Assembly: GCA_026707445.1 (NCBI GenBank)
Contig: JAPOWV010000011.1
Span: 19,927 to 83,926, forward strand
Reading direction: 5' to 3'
Length of the DNA stretch: 64,000 bases
DNA from: Gammaproteobacteria bacterium
GTDB taxonomy: Bacteria > Pseudomonadota > Gammaproteobacteria > Steroidobacterales > Foliamicaceae
Position numbers and translations under genes: made by a program. A model generated the notes under the pieces. That model saw only the letters and a program-made list of their open reading frames with translations. It ran no database searches and had not been told where the DNA came from. The first letter of the stretch is position 1, and each line of letters starts with the position of its first letter. Below, piece by piece: positions 20,062-28,283 of this stretch.

Positions 20062-20919
20062 TTACTCGGGCGCGGCCGTCTCCACGTCGTCCGTGGGCCG
20101 GCCGGGAAGAATTCCGCCGTAGAGCACCGCTCCGCCGTACATCGGCGATTGCCACAACTGCTCGGAAAAGCGCGGTATGGCCATGGCCGCGACCGGGAAG
20201 CACTGGACGAAGTAATTTGGCCGTATGGGCAGTCCCTGAAGGGCGTAGCAGAAGAAATCGCGGTCGTCGATGTGCCAGAAGCCGTCCACGCCCTCCATGC
20301 TGGAACTCACCGAGCCGTCCTTGTTGTAGTAGGCGTCGAACTCGAATTCCTGCTCGTCGTCCACCCAGCGGTAGTGGGTGGTGTTGTGCATCAGATGGTT
20401 CCAGAAGCTCGGAAACCGCTCGGCGGGGGACGCGCCCCTGGGAGTTTCCAGGGCGGCGATGTCGATTTCCGGGCGCGGCCAGTCGGCGCCGCCGGTTTCC
20501 ATCATCATGAACGAGATCATGGGCAGGCGGTCCCGGTCGGGCACCGGTTCGGGAATCAGCATCGTGTTGCCCGGCAGATAGCTGTCGGGATTGGCGAGCC
20601 AGTCGTCCACGCGGTCCGGGGTCCAGGCGAATCCGGCCTCCCTGAGCGTCTCGGAATAGCTGAATTCCTCGCGTGATCCGGCGGTCCGGCCGATGACCTC
20701 CCACAAGTTGGGGCCGGCCAGGTGCAGGGCGTCTTCGGCAAGCGTGTGGCAGGCGCTGCAGCGCTGCTGAAAGGCCAGCCGGCCTCTCACGTAGTCGGCC
20801 CCGGCCAGCGCCTGGCGGGTCAGGCGCTCCTGCGCGTCCGCCGGCGCGGCCGGCAGGCACCAGGCGATGGCGGCAAGAACGAGGACTGCTGCTGAGCGTT
20901 TCAGTTCACGGCGATCCAT
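20062..20919 (-). CDS. Exported c-type cytochrome domain fused to a domain of unknown function
   Basis: Signal peptide (AAVLVLAAIAWCLPAAPADA), haem motif CSACH (aa 54-58) and a candidate distal Met in PGNTMLIPEP. About 170 further residues have no motif I recognise. The start abuts the upstream stop at 20920. Confidence 0.7.
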   Translation of the reverse strand: MDRRELKRSAAVLVLAAIAWCLPAAPADAQERLTRQALAGADYVRGRLAFQQRCSACHTLAEDALHLAGPNLWEVIGRTAGSREEFSYSETLREAGFAWTPDRVDDWLANPDSYLPGNTMLIPEPVPDRDRLPMISFMMMETGGADWPRPEIDIAALETPRGASPAERFPSFWNHLMHNTTHYRWVDDEQEFEFDAYYNKDGSVSSSMEGVDGFWHIDDRDFFCYALQGLPIRPNYFVQCFPVAAMAIPRFSEQLWQSPMYGGAVLYGGILPGRPTDDVETAAPE

Positions 20920-22197
20920 CTAGAGGATTCCGCGAATGATCAGATTGGGGATGAAAGCTTCGTCGAATCCCTTGTCGCGGGGAGGCGTATAACCCATTCG
21001 CAGCACGATCAGGTCCAGCTTCGGGCTGATCCATACGCGGACCTTGCCGCCGCCGTCCAGGTAGAACAGATCGTCTATCTCAAAGGGCTCCGAATGGTAG
21101 TTCCCGAACTGCGGGGGCATGCTCGGGAAATACGGCCGCCGTTCCACGTAGACCGTGTCGGTCCAGATCTGGAAGCCGTAATTCGGGTTGGGCTCCGAAC
21201 CGGTGAGCATCTCGTCCACCCAGCCGTCCGGCAGCAGTTGCGAGCCGTCGGGCAGCCGTCCGTCGTTCATCAGGAGATGAGCGACGCGAATCCAGTCCGA
21301 AGGGGCCGCGAGAAAGCAGCAGTACGAGATGACATTGCCGTCGACGCCGTCCAGGCGCATCGCGCCGCGCTGGCCTCCCATGGGCCGCCAGAGCTTCTCG
21401 CCCAGGTAGTGCGCGAAATTCCGGCCGGTGGCCCGGTGGAGGATCATGCCGGCGAGCTGCGTATTGGGGTTGTTGTGGGCAAAGGTCGTTCCCGGTTCCT
21501 CGGCCAGTCCAAACGACAGCACGGTGCCGTAGATATCGGTCCCCTCCACAAGCTGCATCATTTTCGAATACGGTTGCAGTCCGCCACGGCGATCGCCGAA
21601 TGGCAGCTCCAGCCCCGTGGTATTGAGGAGAACCTGTCGCACGGTGATCTGCCCGCGCGGATCGCCCTTCCACTCCTCGATGTACTTCTCGACCGGGTCG
21701 TCAAGGCTCCCGATATCGCCGTCAGCAACGGCAAACCCGGCGAGTATGCCGTGCAGGGTCTTGACCCAGGAATGGGAGCTGATGGGCGAACTCTCGTGGA
21801 ATCCCTCCATGTACTCGGCGTGACGGATCTTGCCCCGGTGGTAAATCATGAAGGCCTGGGTGTCCCGCTCCATGGCGTAGGCGGCGGCAGCGGCAACCGC
21901 GTCGGGATCGATGGTCGCCGGTTCTCCCGGGTCCGCACTGGGGAAGAACGGTTGCGAGATGCCTCCGTCGACCAGGATCATCGGGTTGTACCAGGTCTGG
22001 GGCTGGCGGAAGCCGGACTGTTCCGGCTGGTCGCGCCAGCGCCGCCAGAACTGGAATTCCTGCGCCTCCACATCGTTGACCCAGTCCACCTTCGCCTGGA
22101 TTTCCTCGGGCGTCATTTGCGTATTCGGCTGCTCCTGGGCAGCCGCCACGCCCAACGCGAGAAGCGTCGCCGCAGCGAGCGTAAGTCTTGTCTTCAT
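20920..22197 (-). CDS. Beta-lactamase-fold serine hydrolase, paralog 2 (signal peptide)
   Basis: ORF 20920..22260. The ATG at 22197 gives MKTRLTLAAATLLALGVAAAQ. SxxK in SSHSWVKT. C-terminal FYLDGGGKVRVWISPKLDLIVLRMG. Confidence 0.75.
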   Translation of the reverse strand: MKTRLTLAAATLLALGVAAAQEQPNTQMTPEEIQAKVDWVNDVEAQEFQFWRRWRDQPEQSGFRQPQTWYNPMILVDGGISQPFFPSADPGEPATIDPDAVAAAAAYAMERDTQAFMIYHRGKIRHAEYMEGFHESSPISSHSWVKTLHGILAGFAVADGDIGSLDDPVEKYIEEWKGDPRGQITVRQVLLNTTGLELPFGDRRGGLQPYSKMMQLVEGTDIYGTVLSFGLAEEPGTTFAHNNPNTQLAGMILHRATGRNFAHYLGEKLWRPMGGQRGAMRLDGVDGNVISYCCFLAAPSDWIRVAHLLMNDGRLPDGSQLLPDGWVDEMLTGSEPNPNYGFQIWTDTVYVERRPYFPSMPPQFGNYHSEPFEIDDLFYLDGGGKVRVWISPKLDLIVLRMGYTPPRDKGFDEAFIPNLIIRGIL

Positions 22198-22211
22198 TGC
22201 CTTGCTCCCTT

Positions 22212-23429
22212 TCATCTCAGCCCTCCCAGCAATACATTGGGCAGGCGCGCATCGTCCCAATCGGTCGCAAGCGCGCCGGTGCGCACGATAACCATGTCGG
22301 CGCTCGGAATGATATATACGCGCTGCCCGCCGAAGCCGTCGAAATAGGCCACGTCATCAGCCGCGAAGGGCTCGGAGTGCCAGGCGCGCAGTGTGGCCTT
22401 GGAGTTGTAGCTGCGCTGCTCCACGTACTCGTTTCCCAGCCAGGTCAGGAATCCGTAGTTCGGATTGTTGGGGCCGGGCGTGCGGACAGCCGCGATCCAG
22501 TCCTCCGGCACGACCTGGCGGCCGTTCGCGCGGCCGTTTTCGAGGTGCAGCAGGCCGAACCGCAGCCAGCCGCGTGCGGGAATGTCCAGGCAGCAGTAGC
22601 TGCGCGCCATGCCGCCTGCGGTATCCATTTGCACCCAGGCGTCGCCGCCCCCCAGCGGCTTCCAGAGTGCTTCTGACAGGTATTCCGCGTAGGGCCGGCC
22701 GGTGGCGTTTTCGATGACCAGGCCCAGAATCAGCGGATTGATGCTGTTGTATTCGAAATTCGTGGCCGGCGGCTCGACCGCCTGTTGCTCGAACGTGATC
22801 GGGCGCATGTCCTGGCCGATCAGCAAGCCCATCATCGGCCCCAGGCTGCCGAAGGCGAACGTCGGGAAATCGATTCCGCTGCTCTGCCAGAGCGCCTGGC
22901 GAATCGTGATTCCGGCGCGCTCGTCGCCGGCCCACTCGGGCAGGTAGAGGCTGATCGGGTCGTCCGCCGAGTCGATGTGCCCGTCGGCGATCGCTACGCC
23001 CACGAGCAGGGCGACCACCGACTTGTGCATGGACTGGGTTGACGTGAGCGTGGTTTCGTCGGCGCCTTCGTAGTAGTGCTCGAGCTGAACGCGGCCGCCT
23101 CGCCAGACGATCAGCGCGTCGGACCCGGTCTCGGCGCCGTAGTCCAGGGCCGCCTGCAGGCTTTCGATGGACAGGGCGCGTTCGCCGAAGGAGGCCTTGG
23201 GAAGCGGCTGCTCCGGGGTTCCCGGCACCAACTGCATGTGCCCGGGGCGCTCGCCGGCGAACTGGCCGATCAATCGAACGGTTTCAGTCGGCTTGGCCAC
23301 CAGGAAGCCCAGCACGACGAGCAGCACCAGGCCCACGACCCCGCCCACCGCCCAGGCGACGGTCAATCCCAAGATGCGCAGCAATCTCTTCACGAATCCG
23401 TTTGCAACCCCTGCCGAGCGCGTAATCAT
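22212..23429 (-). CDS. Beta-lactamase-fold serine hydrolase, paralog 1 (N-terminal TM anchor)
   Basis: SxxK in STQSMHKS. C-terminal AYFDGFGGQRVYIIPSADMVIVRTG. N-terminal helix VAWAVGGVVGLVLLVVLGFLV. Confidence 0.75.
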   Translation of the reverse strand: MITRSAGVANGFVKRLLRILGLTVAWAVGGVVGLVLLVVLGFLVAKPTETVRLIGQFAGERPGHMQLVPGTPEQPLPKASFGERALSIESLQAALDYGAETGSDALIVWRGGRVQLEHYYEGADETTLTSTQSMHKSVVALLVGVAIADGHIDSADDPISLYLPEWAGDERAGITIRQALWQSSGIDFPTFAFGSLGPMMGLLIGQDMRPITFEQQAVEPPATNFEYNSINPLILGLVIENATGRPYAEYLSEALWKPLGGGDAWVQMDTAGGMARSYCCLDIPARGWLRFGLLHLENGRANGRQVVPEDWIAAVRTPGPNNPNYGFLTWLGNEYVEQRSYNSKATLRAWHSEPFAADDVAYFDGFGGQRVYIIPSADMVIVRTGALATDWDDARLPNVLLGGLR

Positions 23430-23517
23430 AGCCGGGGATCGCAGGCATCCGGCCGTTGCGCCGTGTCAGGGCCCTCGCGGGCTAGAATTCGGGCTTTACG
23501 CGAATCCGCACGAAACG

Positions 23518-24852
23518 ATGATCGCAAGTTCCTACGCCAGCAGCCCCGACGCACTGCGCGCCCTGGTGCGGCCCGACGCCGTGCATCGCGACCTGTACAT
23601 ATCCGAGGAACTCTACGAGCTGGAACTGGAGCGCCTGTGGCGCAACACCTGGATCTACATGGGCCACGACAGCCAGGTTCCGAAGCCGGGCGACTTCTAT
23701 ACCGCGAGCATCGCCGGATCGCCGCTGGCGATGCTGCGGGGACGCGACGACGAGGTGCGGGTTTTCCTCAATCGCTGCGCGCACAAGGGCACACGGGTGG
23801 TCAGCGCGGTGCAAGGCAACTGCGGGAGCGCGCTCAGATGTCCGTATCACGGCTGGACCTATCGCCTTGATGGCAGCTTAAGGACGGTTCCGCAGAAGGG
23901 CGGCTACCGTGGCACGGAAATTTCCGAATCGGCCCACTTCAAAGGGCTGACGCCAGTGCCCAATCAGGAAATCTACCGGGGCTTCGTGTTCGTGCGCCTC
24001 AGCAACGAGGGGCCGGACTTCCATGACTATTTCGGCGATTCCCTGAGTTCGATCGACAACATGGCCGACCGCTCGCCGGAGGGCCGGCTGGAGATCGCCG
24101 GTGGCGTGCTGCGCTACTACCACGACTGCAACTGGAAGATGTTCGTGGAGAACCTGAACGACGCCATGCATCCGATGGTGGCGCACCAGTCGTCGGCCGG
24201 CGTCGCAAAGCGGCTGTGGGAGGAGGAGGGCGACGGCGGGGAGCCGCCCATGGTGGTGCAGCAGTTCGGGCCCTTCGTCAACGACTACGACTTCTTCGAC
24301 AACATGGGCGTGAAGATCTACGAGAACGGCCACTCGTATACGGGCGTGAAGTTCTCGATTCACTCGAAGTACTCGGCGGAGCCGGAATACGAGCAGCGGA
24401 TGGTGGAGGCCTACGGCCAGGAGCGCGCCCACGCGATCCTCGGCGAGAACCGGCACAACACGGTCTATTTTCCGAGCCTGACGGTCAAGGGCGCGATCCA
24501 GGCGATACGGGTGGCGCGGCCGCTGGCGGCCAACAGGACGGTGCTGGAAAGCTGGACTTTCCGCCTCGCGGGCGCGCCGGAGGAGCTGCTCAAGCGCACG
24601 ATGACGTATTCGCGGCTGATCAACGCGCCGACTTCGGTAGTGGGGCACGACGACCTGCACTGCTACAGCGAGATCCAGCGGGGGCTGCATGCCCAGGGCA
24701 ACGAGTGGGTCAGCCTGCACCGCAACTACGATCCCGCCGAGCGGGACGGCATCGCGGGCGTCTATAACGGGACCAGCGAGGTCTCGATGCGCGGCCAGTT
24801 CCGCGCCTGGCTCAAGTACATGCTTCCCCATGACGAGGCCGGCGCTTCGTGA
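23518..24852 (+). CDS. Rieske non-haem iron oxygenase, alpha subunit
   Basis: ORF 23167..24852 from the ATG at 23518. Rieske motif CAHKG...CPYHGW. Mononuclear iron motif NDAMHPMVAH (D-x2-H-x4-H). Confidence 0.85.
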   Translation: MIASSYASSPDALRALVRPDAVHRDLYISEELYELELERLWRNTWIYMGHDSQVPKPGDFYTASIAGSPLAMLRGRDDEVRVFLNRCAHKGTRVVSAVQGNCGSALRCPYHGWTYRLDGSLRTVPQKGGYRGTEISESAHFKGLTPVPNQEIYRGFVFVRLSNEGPDFHDYFGDSLSSIDNMADRSPEGRLEIAGGVLRYYHDCNWKMFVENLNDAMHPMVAHQSSAGVAKRLWEEEGDGGEPPMVVQQFGPFVNDYDFFDNMGVKIYENGHSYTGVKFSIHSKYSAEPEYEQRMVEAYGQERAHAILGENRHNTVYFPSLTVKGAIQAIRVARPLAANRTVLESWTFRLAGAPEELLKRTMTYSRLINAPTSVVGHDDLHCYSEIQRGLHAQGNEWVSLHRNYDPAERDGIAGVYNGTSEVSMRGQFRAWLKYMLPHDEAGAS

Positions 24853-24857
24853 TCCCG

Positions 24858-24963
24858 CCTGTTGTCCTGCCCCGCTCTCGCGGGAGACGCATGAACCCGT
24901 CCATGGGGCTCGGCGGCGACTCCTGTCGCCGACGCTCCCTCGAGAGCGGGGCAGGACAACAGG
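24858..24963. repeat. Long inverted repeat (23-bp perfect arms) between the oxygenase alpha and beta genes
   Basis: cctgttgtcctgccccgctctcg (24858-24880) is the exact reverse complement of cgagagcggggcaggacaacagg (24941-24963). The 60-nt loop holds a smaller hairpin (ggcgac tcct gtcgcc, 24915-24930). Confidence 0.85.
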
Positions 24964-24982
24964 CTCCCGTTCGCGCGGTCCC

Positions 24983-25471
24983 ATGAGTAGGGCGCATCCC
25001 AAGACGGGGGAGTTGGCGCGGTTCGTGTACCGGGAGGCGCGGCTGATCGACGAGAAGCGGCTGGACGAGTGGTACGCTCTGTTCGCGGAGGACGCGCTGT
25101 ACTGGATGCCGCTGGTGCGCGGGCAGACGGACCCGCACAGCCATACTTCGCTGTTCTGCGAGGACCGGTTTCTGCTGAAGGTGCGAATCGAGCGGCTGAA
25201 GAACCCGCTGTCGCACTCGCAGCAGCTGCCGAGCTTCTGCCAGCACGTGCTGCAGCGCCCCGAACTCGTCGAGCGGGACGACGACGCGTGGGAGTATTCG
25301 ATGCGCACGCCGTTCGTCTATCTCGAGACGCGGCTGGACGAGCAGTTCGTGCTGGGCGGCGTGGCGCACCATGATCTGCGCCGGGAGGACGGAGGTCTGA
25401 AGATCGCGGTGAAGCGCATCGAATTGCTGAACCGCGACGCGGCGCTGCCGTCCATACAGCTTTTCCTGTGA
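24983..25471 (+). CDS. Ring-hydroxylating oxygenase beta (small) subunit, NTF2-like
   Basis: ATG at 24983 within ORF 24689..25471. The sequence (FVYREARLIDEKRLDEWYALFAEDALYWMP...) is typical of beta subunits. Confidence 0.8.
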   Translation: MSRAHPKTGELARFVYREARLIDEKRLDEWYALFAEDALYWMPLVRGQTDPHSHTSLFCEDRFLLKVRIERLKNPLSHSQQLPSFCQHVLQRPELVERDDDAWEYSMRTPFVYLETRLDEQFVLGGVAHHDLRREDGGLKIAVKRIELLNRDAALPSIQLFL

Positions 25472-27120
25472 GCGTCGCGGCTCCGGGCACCGTGGCGCGC
25501 GTGCTGGAGGACGCGGCGCACCGGCACGGCGACAAGCCGTTTCTCCGCATTACGCGGGACACGGCCGAGCGGACGGGCATCGAGGCGGGCGACCTGAGTT
25601 ATGCCGAGGCCTGGGACCGCACGCGGGCGCTGATCGGCGATTTTTCCGCGATCGCCGACGGCGGTCCGCAACGGGTGGCGCTGCTGCTGGAGAACCGCCC
25701 GGAGATGTTCCTGCACTGGCTGGCGTTGAACGCGCTGGGCATATCGGCCGCGCCGCTGAACCCGGCCTGGCGGTCGGCCGAGCTTGGTTATGCGCTGGCG
25801 CACAGCGAATCGCGGCTCGTGATCGCTCTGCCGACACGGGTGGCCGAGCTGCGGGACGTCGTGAGGCAGGAAGGGTTGGACGTGCCGGTGCGGGCGCTCG
25901 GCGAGGACCTTCCGAAACTGCCGTCGCGGCCCGGGGGCGGGCAGCAGCCCGAGGACCCCGCCGACCGCGAGTGCGCCCTGCTGTACACGTCGGGGACCAC
26001 GGGCAAGCCCAAGGGCTGCATGCTCAGCAACCGCTATTTCACGATGATCGGCCACTGGTACACGGCGCTGGGCGGCTTGTGCGCGCTGGACAGGGACGGA
26101 GATTGCGTGATCACACCGCTGCCCATGCACCACATGAACGCGATGGCCTGCTCGACCATGGTCATGCTGGTCAACGGCGGCTGCATCGTGCCGCTGGACC
26201 GGTTTCATCCGCGGAGCTGGTGGCGGGAGGTCCGGGAATCCGGCGCGACCATCGTTCATTACCTGGGCGTGATGCCGGCGATCCTGCTCAAGCTGGAGGA
26301 GGACCCGGCCGAGCGCCGCCACCGCGTGCGTTTCGGGTTCGGCGCCGGCGTGGGCAGCCGTCAGCATGTGCCGTTCGAGGAGCGCTTCGGGTTCCCGCTG
26401 GTAGAGGCCTGGGCGATGACCGAGACCGGCGCCAGCGCCGCGATGATCGCCAACCACGAGCCGCGCAAGCGCGGCACGGCCTGTTTCGGCCGGCCATTGC
26501 CGGCGGTGGACGCGCGCATCGTCGATGACCGGGCGAATGAAGTGCCGGTGGATCGGCCGGGCGAGTTGTGGGTGCGCCACGCTGGCGGCGACCCTCGGCT
26601 TGGCTTTTTTTCGGGCTATTTCAGGGACGCCGCCGCCACCGAGTCCGCCTGGGAGGGCGGATGGTTCCACACCGGGGACATCGTGGCGCGCGATGCCGAC
26701 GGCGACATGCACTTCGTCGACCGCAAGAGCAACATGATCCGGCGCAGCGGCGAGAACATCGCCGCCGTGGAGGTCGAAGGGGTGCTGGCCGAGCATGATG
26801 CCGTCGCCGAAGCGGGCGTCGTGGCGGCGCCCGACGAGATCCGCGGAGACGAGGTGTTTGCCTGCATCAGGCGGAAGGGCGGCAGCGCGGACTCCGGCGA
26901 CACGCAATCGCTGGCGGAGGAGCTGGTGCGCTACTGCCTCAAGCGGCTCGCCTACTTCAAGGCGCCCGGCTACGTCGCGTTCGTCGATGCCTTGCCGCAC
27001 ACCACGACGGAAAAGCTCGACCGGGCGGCGCTGAAGGTCCTGGCCGCGGATCTGCTGGACCGCGCCGACTGTCTGGACACGCGCGCGCTCAAGCGTCCCG
27101 TCCCGTCGAGGGCGGCATGA
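25468..27120 (+). CDS. AMP-dependent acyl-CoA synthetase/ligase
   Basis: AMP-binding motif LLYTSGTTGKPKGCML, later WFHTGDI and a C-terminal lysine region. Start overlaps the upstream stop. Confidence 0.85.
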   Translation: MSVAAPGTVARVLEDAAHRHGDKPFLRITRDTAERTGIEAGDLSYAEAWDRTRALIGDFSAIADGGPQRVALLLENRPEMFLHWLALNALGISAAPLNPAWRSAELGYALAHSESRLVIALPTRVAELRDVVRQEGLDVPVRALGEDLPKLPSRPGGGQQPEDPADRECALLYTSGTTGKPKGCMLSNRYFTMIGHWYTALGGLCALDRDGDCVITPLPMHHMNAMACSTMVMLVNGGCIVPLDRFHPRSWWREVRESGATIVHYLGVMPAILLKLEEDPAERRHRVRFGFGAGVGSRQHVPFEERFGFPLVEAWAMTETGASAAMIANHEPRKRGTACFGRPLPAVDARIVDDRANEVPVDRPGELWVRHAGGDPRLGFFSGYFRDAAATESAWEGGWFHTGDIVARDADGDMHFVDRKSNMIRRSGENIAAVEVEGVLAEHDAVAEAGVVAAPDEIRGDEVFACIRRKGGSADSGDTQSLAEELVRYCLKRLAYFKAPGYVAFVDALPHTTTEKLDRAALKVLAADLLDRADCLDTRALKRPVPSRAA

Positions 27121-28280
27121 GCCGGAAGAGCTATGAAGGCGTTGCGCTGGCCGCGCCGGTGACGGTTCCGTACAGGCGCTATTCCACGCGCGACGCGCAC
27201 TGGTGGATCGCGCGGGCCCTGGCGGCACTGCTGAAGGACACCGGACTGAAGAAGGACGCCATCGACGGTCTGGGCATATCGAGCTTCACGCTGGGCCCGG
27301 ACACCGCGGTGGGACTGACGCAGCACCTGGGGATGTCGCTGCGCTGGCTGGACCACGTGCCCATGGGCGGCGCTTCCGGCGTCGTCTGCCTCAGGCGCGC
27401 GGCCCGCGCGGTGCAGGCGGGCGATGCCGAAATCGTCGCCTGCATCGCCGGCGACACCAATCACGTGGACACGTTCCGGCGCACGCTTTCCACCTTCAGC
27501 CGGTTCGCCCAGGACGCCGTTTACCCGTATGGATCGGGTGGCCCGAACGCCAGCTTCGCGTTCATCACCGACTGGTGGATGCGGCAGTATGGCGTCGCGC
27601 GCGAGGATTTCGGCAAGCTGTGCGTGGCCCAGCGGCGCAATGCCATGGACAATCCTCACGCGCTGCTGCGCAAGCCGCTCGATCTCGAGGACTACCTTGG
27701 GGCGCGGGTTATCGCAGAGCCGCTGCACCTGTTCGACTGCGTCATGCCCTGTGCCGGGGCGGACGGCTACCTCGTTATGACGGCGGAGCGCGCCGAGGCC
27801 CTTGGGCTGGAATCCGTACGAGTGCTGGGCGCGATCGAACGGCACAACGCCTTTCCCGACGACCCGGTGCAGATACGCGGGGGCTGGGCGCTGGACCGCG
27901 ACGAACTCTGGGCGCAGGCGGGCGTGGGCCCGCGCGACATGGACTTCTTCCAGGCCTACGACGACTATCCGGTGATCACGCTGATGCAGATCGAGGAACT
28001 GGGCTTCTGCCCGTCCGGCGAGGGTGCCGCCTTTGTGCGCGAGCATGAATTCGCTTATGACGGCGACTGTCCGCTGAACACCTGCGGCGGCCAGTTGTCG
28101 ATGGGCCAGGCGGGCGCCGCCGGAGGGTTCCTGGGGCTGGTGGAAGCATTGCGCCAGCTCCTGGGCCGCCCGCTGGGGAAGCAGGTTGCCGGCGCCACGC
28201 ACGGCGCGGTTTCCGGTTTCGGCATGATCAACTACGACCGCGGCCTGTGCAGCGCCGCCGCCGTCCTTGCCCGCTCCTGA
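27117..28280 (+). CDS. Thiolase-fold protein (SCP-x / lipid-transfer type, DUF35-partner class)
   Basis: 387 aa with thiolase-like N- and C-terminal halves (CIAGD, NTCGGQLSMGQAGAAGG). Immediately followed by a DUF35-type gene. Confidence 0.75.
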   Translation: MSRKSYEGVALAAPVTVPYRRYSTRDAHWWIARALAALLKDTGLKKDAIDGLGISSFTLGPDTAVGLTQHLGMSLRWLDHVPMGGASGVVCLRRAARAVQAGDAEIVACIAGDTNHVDTFRRTLSTFSRFAQDAVYPYGSGGPNASFAFITDWWMRQYGVAREDFGKLCVAQRRNAMDNPHALLRKPLDLEDYLGARVIAEPLHLFDCVMPCAGADGYLVMTAERAEALGLESVRVLGAIERHNAFPDDPVQIRGGWALDRDELWAQAGVGPRDMDFFQAYDDYPVITLMQIEELGFCPSGEGAAFVREHEFAYDGDCPLNTCGGQLSMGQAGAAGGFLGLVEALRQLLGRPLGKQVAGATHGAVSGFGMINYDRGLCSAAAVLARS

Positions 28281-28283
28281 GCC

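Noticed and set aside
20052-20078. Hairpin ggccgcgc...gcgcggcc spanning the cytochrome c stop codon as an intra-operon terminator
   Set aside because: The stem is only 8 bp with no U-tract, and a strong RBS for the next gene follows immediately. It is probably incidental GC-rich symmetry.
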